Shown here: positions 1 to 9,996 of the stretch, piece by piece
Position numbering within the stretch: position 1 is the stretch's first letter
Layout of the letters: every line of letters begins with the position of its first letter
NCBI GenBank assembly: GCA_029260215.1
Contig: JAJDDQ010000076.1
Span: forward strand, 32,148 to 96,147
Source: Phycisphaerae bacterium
Lineage (GTDB): Bacteria; Planctomycetota; Phycisphaerae; UBA1845
Length of the DNA: 64,000 nucleotides
Reading direction: 5' to 3'
Made by a program: the position numbers and the translations under genes
Notes under the pieces: generated by a model
The model's input: the letters and a program-made list of their open reading frames with translations, nothing else
Database searches by the model: none
What the model was told of the DNA's origin: nothing

Positions 1-538
1 CGTCCGCCCCCTGCGTCATTTCCTCCCGATCGCGCGGCGGCAGGTTTCCCCAGCCGCGTCGCCACTCGCGTACCGGTCCTTGCGGGCGCTTTCGCGGTGC
101 ATTCGCGTCCGCCGAGGTCGGCTTGGCTGACTCGCCGCCTTCGCCCCCGCGACCGCCCGGCGACCGCGCTGACTTGGCATCGGTTGACGCCGCCTCTTTC
201 CGCTTGCGTTTGTCGCCCGACTGAGGCTGACCGTCGCCTGACGATCCGCGTCGCACAGCATCGCGAATGGCTGACTCAAGCTCTTCGATGGCCTTCTTTT
301 GTGCGGCTTGGGTGAATTCTCCCGAGTTGAAATCGCCGAGCAACGCATCCTCCGCTTCGGTCATCCGATTCAGAATGCGGTCCATCACGTCGTCCTCGTC
401 CGGCGAGCCGCCGAGCAGACGTTTGGCCAAGTCCTGCTCGCGGTTCCGCTTCGCGGCGTCGGGTTCGGAAGTCTGGGCTGAGACGGTCAGGCATGTTCCG
501 AATATCACGACCGCACCCAGCGCAACAACACGCTTCAT
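1..538 (-). CDS. Secreted hypothetical protein with WGxLP motif (partial, runs off the window start); downstream member of the MoxR/vWA operon
   Basis: Not in the ORF track because no stop codon lies in the window. Manual translation from ATG at 538 gives MKRVVALGAVVIFGTCLTVSAQ (signal peptide)...RRGWGNLPPRDREEMTQGAD, open to position 1. WGxLPxxxR-type proteins are typical of planctomycete MoxR clusters. Confidence 0.75.
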   Translation of the reverse strand, partial: MKRVVALGAVVIFGTCLTVSAQTSEPDAAKRNREQDLAKRLLGGSPDEDDVMDRILNRMTEAEDALLGDFNSGEFTQAAQKKAIEELESAIRDAVRRGSSGDGQPQSGDKRKRKEAASTDAKSARSPGGRGGEGGESAKPTSADANAPRKRPQGPVREWRRGWGNLPPRDREEMTQGAD

Positions 539-591
539 TCGATGGGTGGCACGGTCTGCCAGCGAAGTCGGGAGGTCGTGGTTGCTGAGAG

Positions 592-784
592 GCAACAGGT
601 CAGCAATCTGCAATGGCGGTGTTTCGGCATGGAGGCGTGCCGGTTGAGAATAGTGTCGGATGGGTCTAGGGGCGTCCGCGCGGACTGAAGTCCGCGGCTC
701 GTTGGGGCGTACTCGAAATCTGCGTGGAGTGCGGGCGAATGCAGTCCTTGAATGGATTGGCATTGCACACGGCTGACCTGTTGC
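592..784 (+). mobile_element. MITE copy 1 (193 bp), IS66-like ends, internal REP-like hairpin
   Basis: Perfect 13-bp terminal inverted repeat GCAACAGGTCAGC / GCTGACCTGTTGC. 8-bp direct repeat GCTGAGAG at 584-591 and 785-792. Closely related copy at 52601-52792. Confidence 0.9.
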
Positions 785-942
785 GCTGAGAGAATCCACG
801 GCCTGTCTGCGCCAGACCGTGCCACCCAGAGCACTATTTGCGTAGCGTCTGAACGATCGAGCATGCTTCAAGACCCTTATCAAAGCCGCGATACGAAGTG
901 CCGGTGCGAATCTACCGACGAGGCGAAGTTCTTTGCACATTC

Positions 943-3900
943 TCATCGTTGACCCTCCCTTGCTTTTTCGACGACTGCGCGCGTCAAGAGGCGAACCTCT
1001 CGTTGGCGCACGCCCAAACGCTCCGCTGCTGTCAACTCCGCTTCGGTCGGTGTTCCGGTTGAAGCGCGGCGCGACGCGTCAAGGGCCGCCGTGTCCGCCA
1101 TCACACCCATCTGCATCGTCTTGAGCATGATCAACTCCGCCGCCGTCGGGATGGGCGGGCCGTTCTTGCTGGATTGGCCACCCGATCCGCCTCCACCGGA
1201 GGCTACGAACTCGTCAGTGGGCGGCAACTCTGCGGCTGTCCGAAGCGCCTCAATCAACTGCGACAGGCGGCGCAAAACGTCGTCCTGTGTTGTGCGAAGC
1301 TCGTCGTCGAGTCGTCGCGCTCGAAAGGCTGTCTCCGACGCTCGCATGCCACGCAACACCTGCGTCAGTGTGGCTGCGTACACGATCGAGTCGGACACGT
1401 CTTTGGCTACGTCGTCCGCCTCCGCCAGAATCTCCCTCTGACGCAAGGCCAACTTTGAGACCCTGCGCGCGTCGGCGCGACGCAATCGTCTCGTTTCCGA
1501 GAGTGCCACAAGTACGTCACCCGTTGTGTCGCGCACTTCCTGCTGATCGTGATGAATCGCACTCAGACGCCCGCGAATGTGCTCCATCCGCGCTCGAAAC
1601 GCCTGCTGCCCCGCACGACGCGCCTGCTCCGCCAGCACTTCGTAGGCCTCGCGCAGGAGTCGCACCGCCTCCTGCTCGAACTCGACGGCCAACACGCCGT
1701 TCACATCGGCCAACGCTCCCGCTGCGTCGCGCATTTCGCGGGCTGCCTGCGCCACCCGATCCGCAGCCTCAGCCGCTTCGCGCTCCTGCAGTAAGTCCGT
1801 CAAGATACCGTCCGCGTTCCGGCGCACGCGCGACTGATCCTGCGACAGGTTTGTGTAAACCGCATCGTCGGCCTTAACCGCGTCGGCCTCTGCGGTAACC
1901 GTGACCAGTTCCTCTTCCGCTCCGAGCAGCTCTGCTACCGCGCGGTCGGCTCGCTCCAGCTTTTTGGCTAGCTCCGCCAACCGGCGCATCTCCTGTTCCT
2001 GAAGCGCCCCGACCATTTTCCCGAGGCCGCGAACGATCTGCTCCTGCTCCAACCCAGCGCCGGCCAATCTGTTTTGGCGAACGGCGGCGCCGGCTTTTTG
2101 CATGCGCTGGGCGATTTCATGTGCAGCCGCCTCCCGAGCGGCACGCCCCATGGCCGCGGACTCGGCTGCTCCGTCGCGCATGCCGGTGCGGGACATTCTG
2201 GCGACCAGCGCGTCGAACTCCTCGCGCAGTCGCTGCTGACGCAACTCGATACGCGCCAGTGCGGCGCGCTCGGTTTCGTTCAGTTCGTCGATGGATCGTC
2301 CGACCGTTCCGGACGCCGTGGATGCGGTGGCTTCGCGCAGTTGCGTCTGACGGTCCATCAAGTCGCGCGTTTTGTTCACGACTACGCGAAAATCGCCCCA
2401 TTCGTCCAAACGCGAGAGCGCTTTGCTGAGTGTAGTCGCCACCCCTGTTTGAGCGTTCATTGCTTCAGTCAGGTTGACGGCGGGATCAGCCTCAAGCTCG
2501 GCTGCGCGGCGCAACAGTTCCGCCGCTTCGGACGACGCGCCGGCTGCGGGACCGGCCAAATCCGCCCGAACACGATCAACCGTCGCGATCCAGGCTGCGT
2601 CCGAAACGCCGTTCAGTCGCAGTCGCTCCTCGACATCGGCAAACCGCTGGGACAGTTCCTCGACGCTGCGCCCCAGACGCGATTGGCGACGGGCCATGTC
2701 TATGATTGAGCGTCCGCGATCGTGCCCGGCTGCCCTCGCGGAGTCGATTCGGCGGGTGCTTTCGACCATCTCCTGCTGGCGAAAAAGTATCTGACGCAAA
2801 CGTCGCCCCAGAGTCACCAGGGTGTCGTGCGACAGGCTCTCGAATTCATCCTGACCAATGATCTTCAAGAGCATCCAGGCCGATGCACCGACCTGCCCGC
2901 GAACATCGCCGATCGCGAAATCGTCGGCGGCCTCCACGCGGTAACGCACGGTCGCGGGGGAAGCGAGTCCCAGTTTTGCGACAGGCCACGTGTAATCAAC
3001 ATCGATGGTCGTGCGGCGATTGCCTGGGGAAGACGTATCGGAATCCATCAATGATGCGCGCCAGATTTCGTCGCCCGATTCGTCGGTCGCGATCAGCCGC
3101 ACGCCGGACACGCCGAAGTCATCCTTCACCGTGGCCCGCAACCGTAACGCTCCGCTCGCGGTTGTCTCCACCGTCGAGGTTGGTTGAATCAGCGTGACAT
3201 TCGGTGCGTCGTCCGGCGAGACGGACAGTTCGTAGCCCTGGCCGCTGTGATTGGTGAACCCGTCGGCGTCCGCGATGAAAACTCTGATCGTCGTGTCGCT
3301 GCGCAGCTTTGTCACCGCGCGCAATGTGCGCGATTCGTTAGGTATCGGCTTCAACGGGAGTGTTTCCTCGGCCCCGTCGGCGTATGCTAGTTCGAGTCGG
3401 GCACGCCCTTGCTCGTCTCGCAACAGTGGCTTGGAGGAGCGTACGCGCAGCTCGACCGAACTGCCGATTACGCCGACGGCTGGCCCTGCGCGCAGGTCAA
3501 ATTCCGCCACCGTTTTGGACACCGCGTAATCGGGCGGCCCCACACGCGCTACAAATTCGGTTACGGCTGGCCGTGAGATCACCTGAATTAGGCCTGGGGT
3601 GCGCCGGGTGTCGTCGTCGCCGGCTTCGAACCAGAATGTCAGGTCGTTCGATAATGCGTCGATCGTGCAACGGAACGTGCCGTCGCGATCGCGGTGCATG
3701 GCCAGCTCGGATTTCTCGCCTCGTGCGTCCACCAGATGCACGACGCCCCGCAGGTGCGGACGGTCGCCGCGCGTCACACGCATCCGCAGATCGGTCGATT
3801 CGCCCAAGGGAACCTTGACGCGATGTGTCTCCGAAACGATTCGCACATTGTGAGGCCAATCCACTCCGGCAAAAGGTTGCGCGTACCGCACCAATCCGGT

Positions 3901-4416
3901 TCGCAGCCATTGTGGTGCGACGAAGGCGGTGCCCCACAGTGCGGTCACGCCCAGTATGAGCAGGCCGCCCTGTATCAGCAGCGGTCGGGATGTCAGCACC
4001 GAACGAATCGGCAAAACGTTCAGGACGCGATTGGTGTTGACGATTACCTGTCGCATCAACTCCACCGACGCAGCCTGACCGTGCGTGAGAAAATCCACGG
4101 CGCTGGTTAAACGATCGTCCATGCCGCCGAAATGCCGTTCCAGCCGGCCAGCCACTTGCGTCAGCGATAACGGCTTTTGCAACGGGCGAACGATCCAATG
4201 CAGCGACGCGAATCCGAAGCCCAGCACAAACAACACCGCGCCGAAAACACGGAGCAGCGGCGGCAGCTCCAGAAGCCAGTCGACGGCCAGGATCGTCAGC
4301 AGTGACAGGCATCCGCCAGCTAAGACCGTCAGCGCACCGTAACAACCCAATCGCGTTCGGATCGAGCGTCGCAAACGCGACAGATGCAACAGGATTTCAA
4401 CCGATTCAGATGCCAT
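943..4416 (-). CDS. Large membrane-anchored coiled-coil protein (DUF4175-like), MoxR/vWA operon
   Basis: 1157 aa. N-terminal TM helices, 'DDFGV' and 'Y.VEA.D' Ig-like segments, long Q/E/R/A-rich helical C-terminal half; operon context. Confidence 0.75.
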   Translation of the reverse strand: MASESVEILLHLSRLRRSIRTRLGCYGALTVLAGGCLSLLTILAVDWLLELPPLLRVFGAVLFVLGFGFASLHWIVRPLQKPLSLTQVAGRLERHFGGMDDRLTSAVDFLTHGQAASVELMRQVIVNTNRVLNVLPIRSVLTSRPLLIQGGLLILGVTALWGTAFVAPQWLRTGLVRYAQPFAGVDWPHNVRIVSETHRVKVPLGESTDLRMRVTRGDRPHLRGVVHLVDARGEKSELAMHRDRDGTFRCTIDALSNDLTFWFEAGDDDTRRTPGLIQVISRPAVTEFVARVGPPDYAVSKTVAEFDLRAGPAVGVIGSSVELRVRSSKPLLRDEQGRARLELAYADGAEETLPLKPIPNESRTLRAVTKLRSDTTIRVFIADADGFTNHSGQGYELSVSPDDAPNVTLIQPTSTVETTASGALRLRATVKDDFGVSGVRLIATDESGDEIWRASLMDSDTSSPGNRRTTIDVDYTWPVAKLGLASPATVRYRVEAADDFAIGDVRGQVGASAWMLLKIIGQDEFESLSHDTLVTLGRRLRQILFRQQEMVESTRRIDSARAAGHDRGRSIIDMARRQSRLGRSVEELSQRFADVEERLRLNGVSDAAWIATVDRVRADLAGPAAGASSEAAELLRRAAELEADPAVNLTEAMNAQTGVATTLSKALSRLDEWGDFRVVVNKTRDLMDRQTQLREATASTASGTVGRSIDELNETERAALARIELRQQRLREEFDALVARMSRTGMRDGAAESAAMGRAAREAAAHEIAQRMQKAGAAVRQNRLAGAGLEQEQIVRGLGKMVGALQEQEMRRLAELAKKLERADRAVAELLGAEEELVTVTAEADAVKADDAVYTNLSQDQSRVRRNADGILTDLLQEREAAEAADRVAQAAREMRDAAGALADVNGVLAVEFEQEAVRLLREAYEVLAEQARRAGQQAFRARMEHIRGRLSAIHHDQQEVRDTTGDVLVALSETRRLRRADARRVSKLALRQREILAEADDVAKDVSDSIVYAATLTQVLRGMRASETAFRARRLDDELRTTQDDVLRRLSQLIEALRTAAELPPTDEFVASGGGGSGGQSSKNGPPIPTAAELIMLKTMQMGVMADTAALDASRRASTGTPTEAELTAAERLGVRQREVRLLTRAVVEKAREGQR

Positions 4417-4467
4417 TCGACTCCATCAACCGCTCACGGTTTCATGCCGCATTCTTTCAACGGCCCG

Positions 4468-6810
4468 CTAAACCAAACCCATTGCCTTACGCACGATCCA
4501 CTCCGCCGAGATCAACGTCGCGAATAGAATCAGCGACAGTTTGGAATCCCAAAGCGGCTCGGACACGTCGTCCGGAATCCGCAAACTTCGATCCACGATG
4601 CCGGCCAACGAATTGGCCACGGTTTCACGCGTCAGGACTTCGCCGCCCGTTGCTGCCGCGATTCTTCGAAGCGATTCGTGATCCGCGCCCGGCTGCGACG
4701 ATTCGGGGTCCGCTCCGCCGACGAAAAACCGAGCCGACGCGGGCTGCACGTCGGGCTGATTCATCACGCCGCCGATCTCGACCGAGTACCAACCGTCCGC
4801 CGGCGGTGTGAAGCGTGCATCGAAATCAGCGGCTTCAAACCCGGTTCGCAGCAGTGGCAGCCGCGCGATGACCTGCCCCGCTTCATTCTTAATGATAGCC
4901 CTCACCGTATCGCCCGTGGCGGAAAGCATCTCCGAATCGAACACGCGCAGCCGGATTTCGACGACTTGGCCGTATCCGTAACGTCGCCGATCCGTGAAAA
5001 TCTCGTAGCGTCGGTCGATTCCGATCGATTCCGTGCGTGCCAGCGTTCTGCAAACCTGCGTCCAGAAAGCGTCGAACGCCCACTCGCCCGCACTGCGTCG
5101 CCACCGCCAAGTCTCGTCCGTACCGGAGAAAAACACGCGACCCGCACCCACGCGTCCGAGGACGAACAGCGGCTGTGCTTCTCCACGATCGAGACCCGGA
5201 TGATAGGCCAACACTTCCGCACCCGGTTTCGCGCCCGCTGTCGCGGCGAACCAGTACAACCCGCCCAACGCATCCCAATCATCGTCCGCATTCAGCGGAA
5301 ACAAGCCGCTCGTTCGACCCTCCGGTGTGAATTTCGGTACGTACGATTGCGTGATCGTCGCGCCTTCAAACGTGGCGGAATTCTCGTCAATCCGAATGGG
5401 CAGCAGTCGCGCGAGCGGCGACCCGGCGAAGCGGTGCGGCGCGAACCGGGGGCCAGCCAACAGGCCGAAACCTCCGCCGCGCTCCGACACGTACTCCACC
5501 AGCATCTCCGCCTGCAACGTACTCAGCCACGCGCCGTTGGGATCCACATCCCCCAGCAGCACGACGTCGTAGGCACTGAGCGCTTCGATATCGGTTGGAA
5601 ACCGTCGAAGCGGATCGGTCCCTTCCTGCACGAAGGCTTCGTCGGCGGAGAGCAGCAGGCAACTCGATCGCATGGTCGGCTCGCGCAGGAGCGTGTTTTT
5701 GAGGTAGCGGTATTCGTAACGCGGTTGGCCATCGACATAGAGCACGCGAATCACGTCATCGACCACGTCGATTCCCACTCGGGCCACGTTGTTGTCCAGC
5801 GCACGCTCGCCCTTCAGTTCTTCTATCTCCACGCGCATCGCCAATCGCCCCGTCGCCCCCGGCACGATCGCGAACACGATGTTAGCTTTGCCGTCTTCAG
5901 AAATCGTCACGACGCGTCGAGCCATCTCTTCGCCGGACGATTCGTTCAATAGTCTGACCTTTACCGGCTGTTCGGCTGCGCTGCCATCAACGCGGATTTC
6001 AACGCGCACAGCCGAGCGGTCCTTCAGAAAAGCTCGACTTGGGGCCGTCACCTGCACGATCACGGCATCGAGCAACGGCGATTCCGAACCCACCGGCAGG
6101 ACAAATATCGGCACCTGACGTGCCGTCGCCTTTTCAATGGCTGACTCCATCCCGCGCGCTACGGTGGCCCGCCCGTCGGAGACGATCACCACGGCTGACA
6201 GTCGCCCGCCGTCGCGCTGTGCGAGCACTGATTCCAGCGCCCCCCACGGGTCGGAAACGGAACCTTCGCACGGCCATCCGTCGATCGCCGCCGAAATCAG
6301 CGGGATGTCCTCCACGGAATCGCCGTCCAATTCCCGACGCTTGGACCCGGCGAATGAATGAACGACAAGATCGTTCCGCGACAACATGGCTGCGATGGCT
6401 GCACCGTCTTTTTCGGACAGAATCTGTTGCGCGCACTTCATGCGCGAATCACCACCGCAGCCGTCGGCGATCAGCATGCTGCGCGATGTATCAAACAGCA
6501 AGGCGACGTGCGACGACTCAACCCGTTCGCGCTGCAAGACCAGCGCGGGACGCCCCAACAACACAGCCAGCAGGAGAATCAGACTCGCCCGAGCGACAAA
6601 GAGCATGGATCGCCCGGCCGCGCTGCATCGCTCCCGCCGATACGCGATCAGCACAACGACCAGCCCCAGCAGCGTGAGCGGCGTGACCAGCCAGACCGGA
6701 AGCAGCGGCTGCCAATGAACGGACAGCGGCGCGTCCCGTCCCAGACGGATACGCTCCAAATCGAGCAGCCACTCCAGCAGGCCGATCATCCACGACTCCG
6801 TTCCGGTCAT
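4468..6810 (-). CDS. vWA domain + glutamine-amidotransferase-like domain membrane protein
   Basis: MIDAS-like DTSRSM and SDG motifs; 'VLYVDGQPRYEYRYL', 'YDVVLLGDV', 'TDETWRWRR'; C-terminal 'EWIVRK' TM. Confidence 0.85.
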   Translation of the reverse strand: MTGTESWMIGLLEWLLDLERIRLGRDAPLSVHWQPLLPVWLVTPLTLLGLVVVLIAYRRERCSAAGRSMLFVARASLILLLAVLLGRPALVLQRERVESSHVALLFDTSRSMLIADGCGGDSRMKCAQQILSEKDGAAIAAMLSRNDLVVHSFAGSKRRELDGDSVEDIPLISAAIDGWPCEGSVSDPWGALESVLAQRDGGRLSAVVIVSDGRATVARGMESAIEKATARQVPIFVLPVGSESPLLDAVIVQVTAPSRAFLKDRSAVRVEIRVDGSAAEQPVKVRLLNESSGEEMARRVVTISEDGKANIVFAIVPGATGRLAMRVEIEELKGERALDNNVARVGIDVVDDVIRVLYVDGQPRYEYRYLKNTLLREPTMRSSCLLLSADEAFVQEGTDPLRRFPTDIEALSAYDVVLLGDVDPNGAWLSTLQAEMLVEYVSERGGGFGLLAGPRFAPHRFAGSPLARLLPIRIDENSATFEGATITQSYVPKFTPEGRTSGLFPLNADDDWDALGGLYWFAATAGAKPGAEVLAYHPGLDRGEAQPLFVLGRVGAGRVFFSGTDETWRWRRSAGEWAFDAFWTQVCRTLARTESIGIDRRYEIFTDRRRYGYGQVVEIRLRVFDSEMLSATGDTVRAIIKNEAGQVIARLPLLRTGFEAADFDARFTPPADGWYSVEIGGVMNQPDVQPASARFFVGGADPESSQPGADHESLRRIAAATGGEVLTRETVANSLAGIVDRSLRIPDDVSEPLWDSKLSLILFATLISAEWIVRKAMGLV

Positions 6811-9014
6811 CGCAAGCCCCCGAAACGCGTCGCCATCCAGGTCTCAAGCACGACGGCGGCCAACACCAGCAGCAGCATCGAAGCCCCGACCTCGTTGAAC
6901 GATTGGCGCGACGTACCAACCGATTCGACCTTGGAGGACTCCACCACGCGAATCGGTGCGTCGGTCGACGCGCGCAACGTCTCTTCATCCGCGGAGCGCA
7001 AATCCGACTCAGCTGAATCGACATTGACCGCCCAGCGAATCTTACGCTCCCCAGTCGTCAGCACGTAAACGCCGCGTTCCTCCAACCGATCACTCTCGGA
7101 TACGAGGCCGCCCTCGTCCGGGATCAGCCGCACGCTCAAATCACGCCCACGCTCGAATTCCAGCCGAACCGGAGAGGACGATTCGGCGGCTGTGATGCGC
7201 TCGCGCACCGCATCTCCAACAAGGATATTTCGAAACGAAGCGTCAGCCTGCGCTACGTAGTGTGCTGCCGTCACCATCAACGAAACAAAATCGCCCTTGG
7301 CCGGCAGATTCGTCCAGCTCATGTCGGCTGAAAACCCGAACACCAGCACCCTGCCTGCTCCGTACCGTCCGGTCACGATCGCAGGCCGACCGTTTGTGAA
7401 GGAAAGAATCGTTTCGCCACGCGCCGCGTGCGGTGTCAGGCTAAGAATGCGGTGCATACGGGCACGAAACAACCCGCTCTCCGCATCGGACGCAATCCCC
7501 GCCGCCAACGGATGGACCGCTTGGCCACGCGCCAGATACACCGGACCACTTGTGGATTCATCGACCTCAATCACACCGTCAAGACGTACGGGCAACAGAC
7601 CATCGCCACCGAAGAGCATCGCGTTACCGTCGCGATCGATGTCGTCCGCGCCGAACACAAGCAGACCCTGCCCCGCACGAACGGAATCAGCCAGGCTGTC
7701 CCGTGCTTCAGCCGAGCGCGGTGTCACACCGCACAAGACCATAACGTCATATTCTCCGAGCGGCTCGAGGCCTAGATCATGCACCGCCGTCGCGCGCACC
7801 TCGAACGCATCGCCCGCCCCGCGCGGCGACAGCGCCGTCGAAAGATAGCGCGACGCGCGCCACCCGGTTTCGCGTTCTTCACCTCGATCGACAACCAGCA
7901 CACGAATCGGCCCATCCTGCTCGATGGCTGCGTATCGCAGGTCGTCAAGCTCAAATGCGTCGTCCGTGACGCTTTCCAAAATCGCCTTCAGCACATGCGA
8001 ACCAGTCCTCGGTGTATCCGCGGTAAAGCGCGTCACGACCGTTTCCCCGCCGCCCAGGGAATCGAGCCTCGCACGCCCGATCACACGATCGTCAAGCAGG
8101 AGTTTCAGTCGCGCCCCGCGCACTGCGTTACGATCGAAGTTGCGTACAGCCACTTCCACGCGCCGTGCGAGACGGCCTCGCGAGGGCGTCACACCGCCAT
8201 CGGCGACCTGCAACGCAACCACACCGACGTTTGGTGCCACGATGCTGGCACACCGAACAAGAACCAAGCCCGTTTCGCCGAGTGCGCCGGCTGCTTTGCC
8301 AAGCGATGCGACCTCGCCTCGCGCCTCGGCATCAGCAGAAAAGACCGATGCGGGAAAATCCGACAGCATATAGACTGTGCCACCCTCGTCGCCGGAACGC
8401 ACGAATCCGCCATCCGCCAGTATCTCACGTGCCGCACGCAGCCCACCCGCGAAATCGGCTGACCCCTGCCGCGGCGACAACTCCTCGATGGCGTCAACAA
8501 GACGCCGCCGATCGAACGATGCGTATCCGATCACCCGCGTGACGGGGCGCGACAGTGTGACAACGCTGACCGCGTCGGTATCCGCGAAGTTCTTCAGCAA
8601 ACTCAAAGCGGCTGCACGAGCCAAATCGAAGCGTGTCGAAGGCACGCCCGTATCGCCCTCACCTGCGCGTGCAAACATCGATGCGGAATCGTCGATCACC
8701 AGCACGCGATGCACGCCGGAATCGGCCAACCCGCCCAGCGCGGAGAACGGGAAATAGGGCCTCGCAATAGCCAGCCCGAAAAGCAGCAACACCATCGCGC
8801 GCAGGAGCAAGAGCGCCCAACGCTCAATCCGCACCCGTCGCGCCCCGCGCCGACTGGCTGAGCGCAGAAATCGCATCGCCGCCCACGGAACCCGCTTGTA
8901 GCGGCGGAGATTGATCAGATGAATAACGAACGGAATCGCAACGCATGCAGCGCCCGCCGCCGCCAGCGCAGGATGCACGAAAGGCCAAAACCATTGGCTT
9001 ACCAAAACAACCAA
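6807..9014 (-). CDS. BatA N-terminal domain + vWA domain protein
   Basis: 'PFVIHLINLRRYKRVPWAAMRFL...LLLLLRAM..LLFGLAIARP' BatA signature; MIDAS DDSASM. Start moved to TTG at ~9014 downstream of GGAGG; the ORF-track start at 9131 overlaps DUF58. Confidence 0.85.
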   Translation of the reverse strand: MVVLVSQWFWPFVHPALAAAGAACVAIPFVIHLINLRRYKRVPWAAMRFLRSASRRGARRVRIERWALLLLRAMVLLLFGLAIARPYFPFSALGGLADSGVHRVLVIDDSASMFARAGEGDTGVPSTRFDLARAAALSLLKNFADTDAVSVVTLSRPVTRVIGYASFDRRRLVDAIEELSPRQGSADFAGGLRAAREILADGGFVRSGDEGGTVYMLSDFPASVFSADAEARGEVASLGKAAGALGETGLVLVRCASIVAPNVGVVALQVADGGVTPSRGRLARRVEVAVRNFDRNAVRGARLKLLLDDRVIGRARLDSLGGGETVVTRFTADTPRTGSHVLKAILESVTDDAFELDDLRYAAIEQDGPIRVLVVDRGEERETGWRASRYLSTALSPRGAGDAFEVRATAVHDLGLEPLGEYDVMVLCGVTPRSAEARDSLADSVRAGQGLLVFGADDIDRDGNAMLFGGDGLLPVRLDGVIEVDESTSGPVYLARGQAVHPLAAGIASDAESGLFRARMHRILSLTPHAARGETILSFTNGRPAIVTGRYGAGRVLVFGFSADMSWTNLPAKGDFVSLMVTAAHYVAQADASFRNILVGDAVRERITAAESSSPVRLEFERGRDLSVRLIPDEGGLVSESDRLEERGVYVLTTGERKIRWAVNVDSAESDLRSADEETLRASTDAPIRVVESSKVESVGTSRQSFNEVGASMLLLVLAAVVLETWMATRFGGLR

Positions 9015-9021
9015 CCGCCCA

Positions 9022-9966
9022 TCAACCTCCCCCCAGCACGCGCGACGAACGGCTGCGAATGCGCGCGGCCCGGGTCGCGAGATAGGCGCTGATGGCCACA
9101 TCCAGACCGTGCGACGTATCGAACGGGACAAAATCGACGTGCATCTTGCGGCATTGCCCGCGCAGCGACGCGATAAATGATTCCACCTCCCGCGTGTACC
9201 GCTGCCGAAACGCCTGCGGCTCGACCATCAGCCGCCCCGACCCTTCCAATCCATCGAACAGCGTCGGACCATCGAAAGGAAGCGTCAGCTCAGCCGGATC
9301 CCAGACATTGCACATAATCACGTCGTTCTTGAGATAGCGCAGATGCTTGAGACCCAAAATCGTCTCGTCCGGATCGTCGAACAAATCACTGATAACGATC
9401 ACCAGCGTCCGCCGCCCCATCCGCTCAGCCAGGTCATCCAGAACCGCGCGAACGCCCGTCTTGCCCGGCCCAGGCCCGCGGGCCAGCGCTCCCGTCAGCG
9501 TCTTCCAATGCCCCGGATGACTCGACGGCTTAATGAAATGCGTGATCGCCTGATCGAAGAGCGCCATCCCGACCGCGTCGCCCTGTTGCAACGCAAGGTA
9601 CGCGAGCGAAGCAGCCACCGAGGCTGCGAAGTCGTGCTTGCTCATCGGCGCTGCCGGGGATTGGTATCCCATCGACGCACTGCAATCCACAACGAGCACA
9701 CAACTGAGATTGGTCTCCTCCTCGTATTGCTTGATGTAGTATTTGTCCGTGCGCGCGTAGAGCTTCCAATCCACGTGACGAATGTCGTCGCCCTGCACGT
9801 AGCTGCGATGATCGGCGAACTCGACGCTCACACCCTGATAGGGGCTTGCGTGGCCGCCGACTCTGAACCCCTCGACCGCCAGCCGCGCACGCAATTCCAA
9901 ACCGCTGATCTTCGCCAGCACTCTCGGGTCGAGAAACTTATGATGGGTCGGGACGGGTTGCGGCAT
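9022..9966 (-). CDS. DUF58 family protein
   Basis: 'G.SVEFADHRSYVQGDDIRHVDWKLYART', 'VDCSASM', 'VISDLFD'; adjacent to MoxR. Confidence 0.95.
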   Translation of the reverse strand: MPQPVPTHHKFLDPRVLAKISGLELRARLAVEGFRVGGHASPYQGVSVEFADHRSYVQGDDIRHVDWKLYARTDKYYIKQYEEETNLSCVLVVDCSASMGYQSPAAPMSKHDFAASVAASLAYLALQQGDAVGMALFDQAITHFIKPSSHPGHWKTLTGALARGPGPGKTGVRAVLDDLAERMGRRTLVIVISDLFDDPDETILGLKHLRYLKNDVIMCNVWDPAELTLPFDGPTLFDGLEGSGRLMVEPQAFRQRYTREVESFIASLRGQCRKMHVDFVPFDTSHGLDVAISAYLATRAARIRSRSSRVLGGG

Positions 9967-9996
9967 GCCGGTCTCTCAATGCGACACCTTCAAACG

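Noticed and set aside
535-864. Similar short ORFs at 535-864 and 52349-52819 (shared 'PTSRGLQSARTP...RHASMP.HRHCRLLTC')
   Set aside because: The shared peptide is simply the translation of the MITE. The surrounding frames differ, so this is not a gene family.
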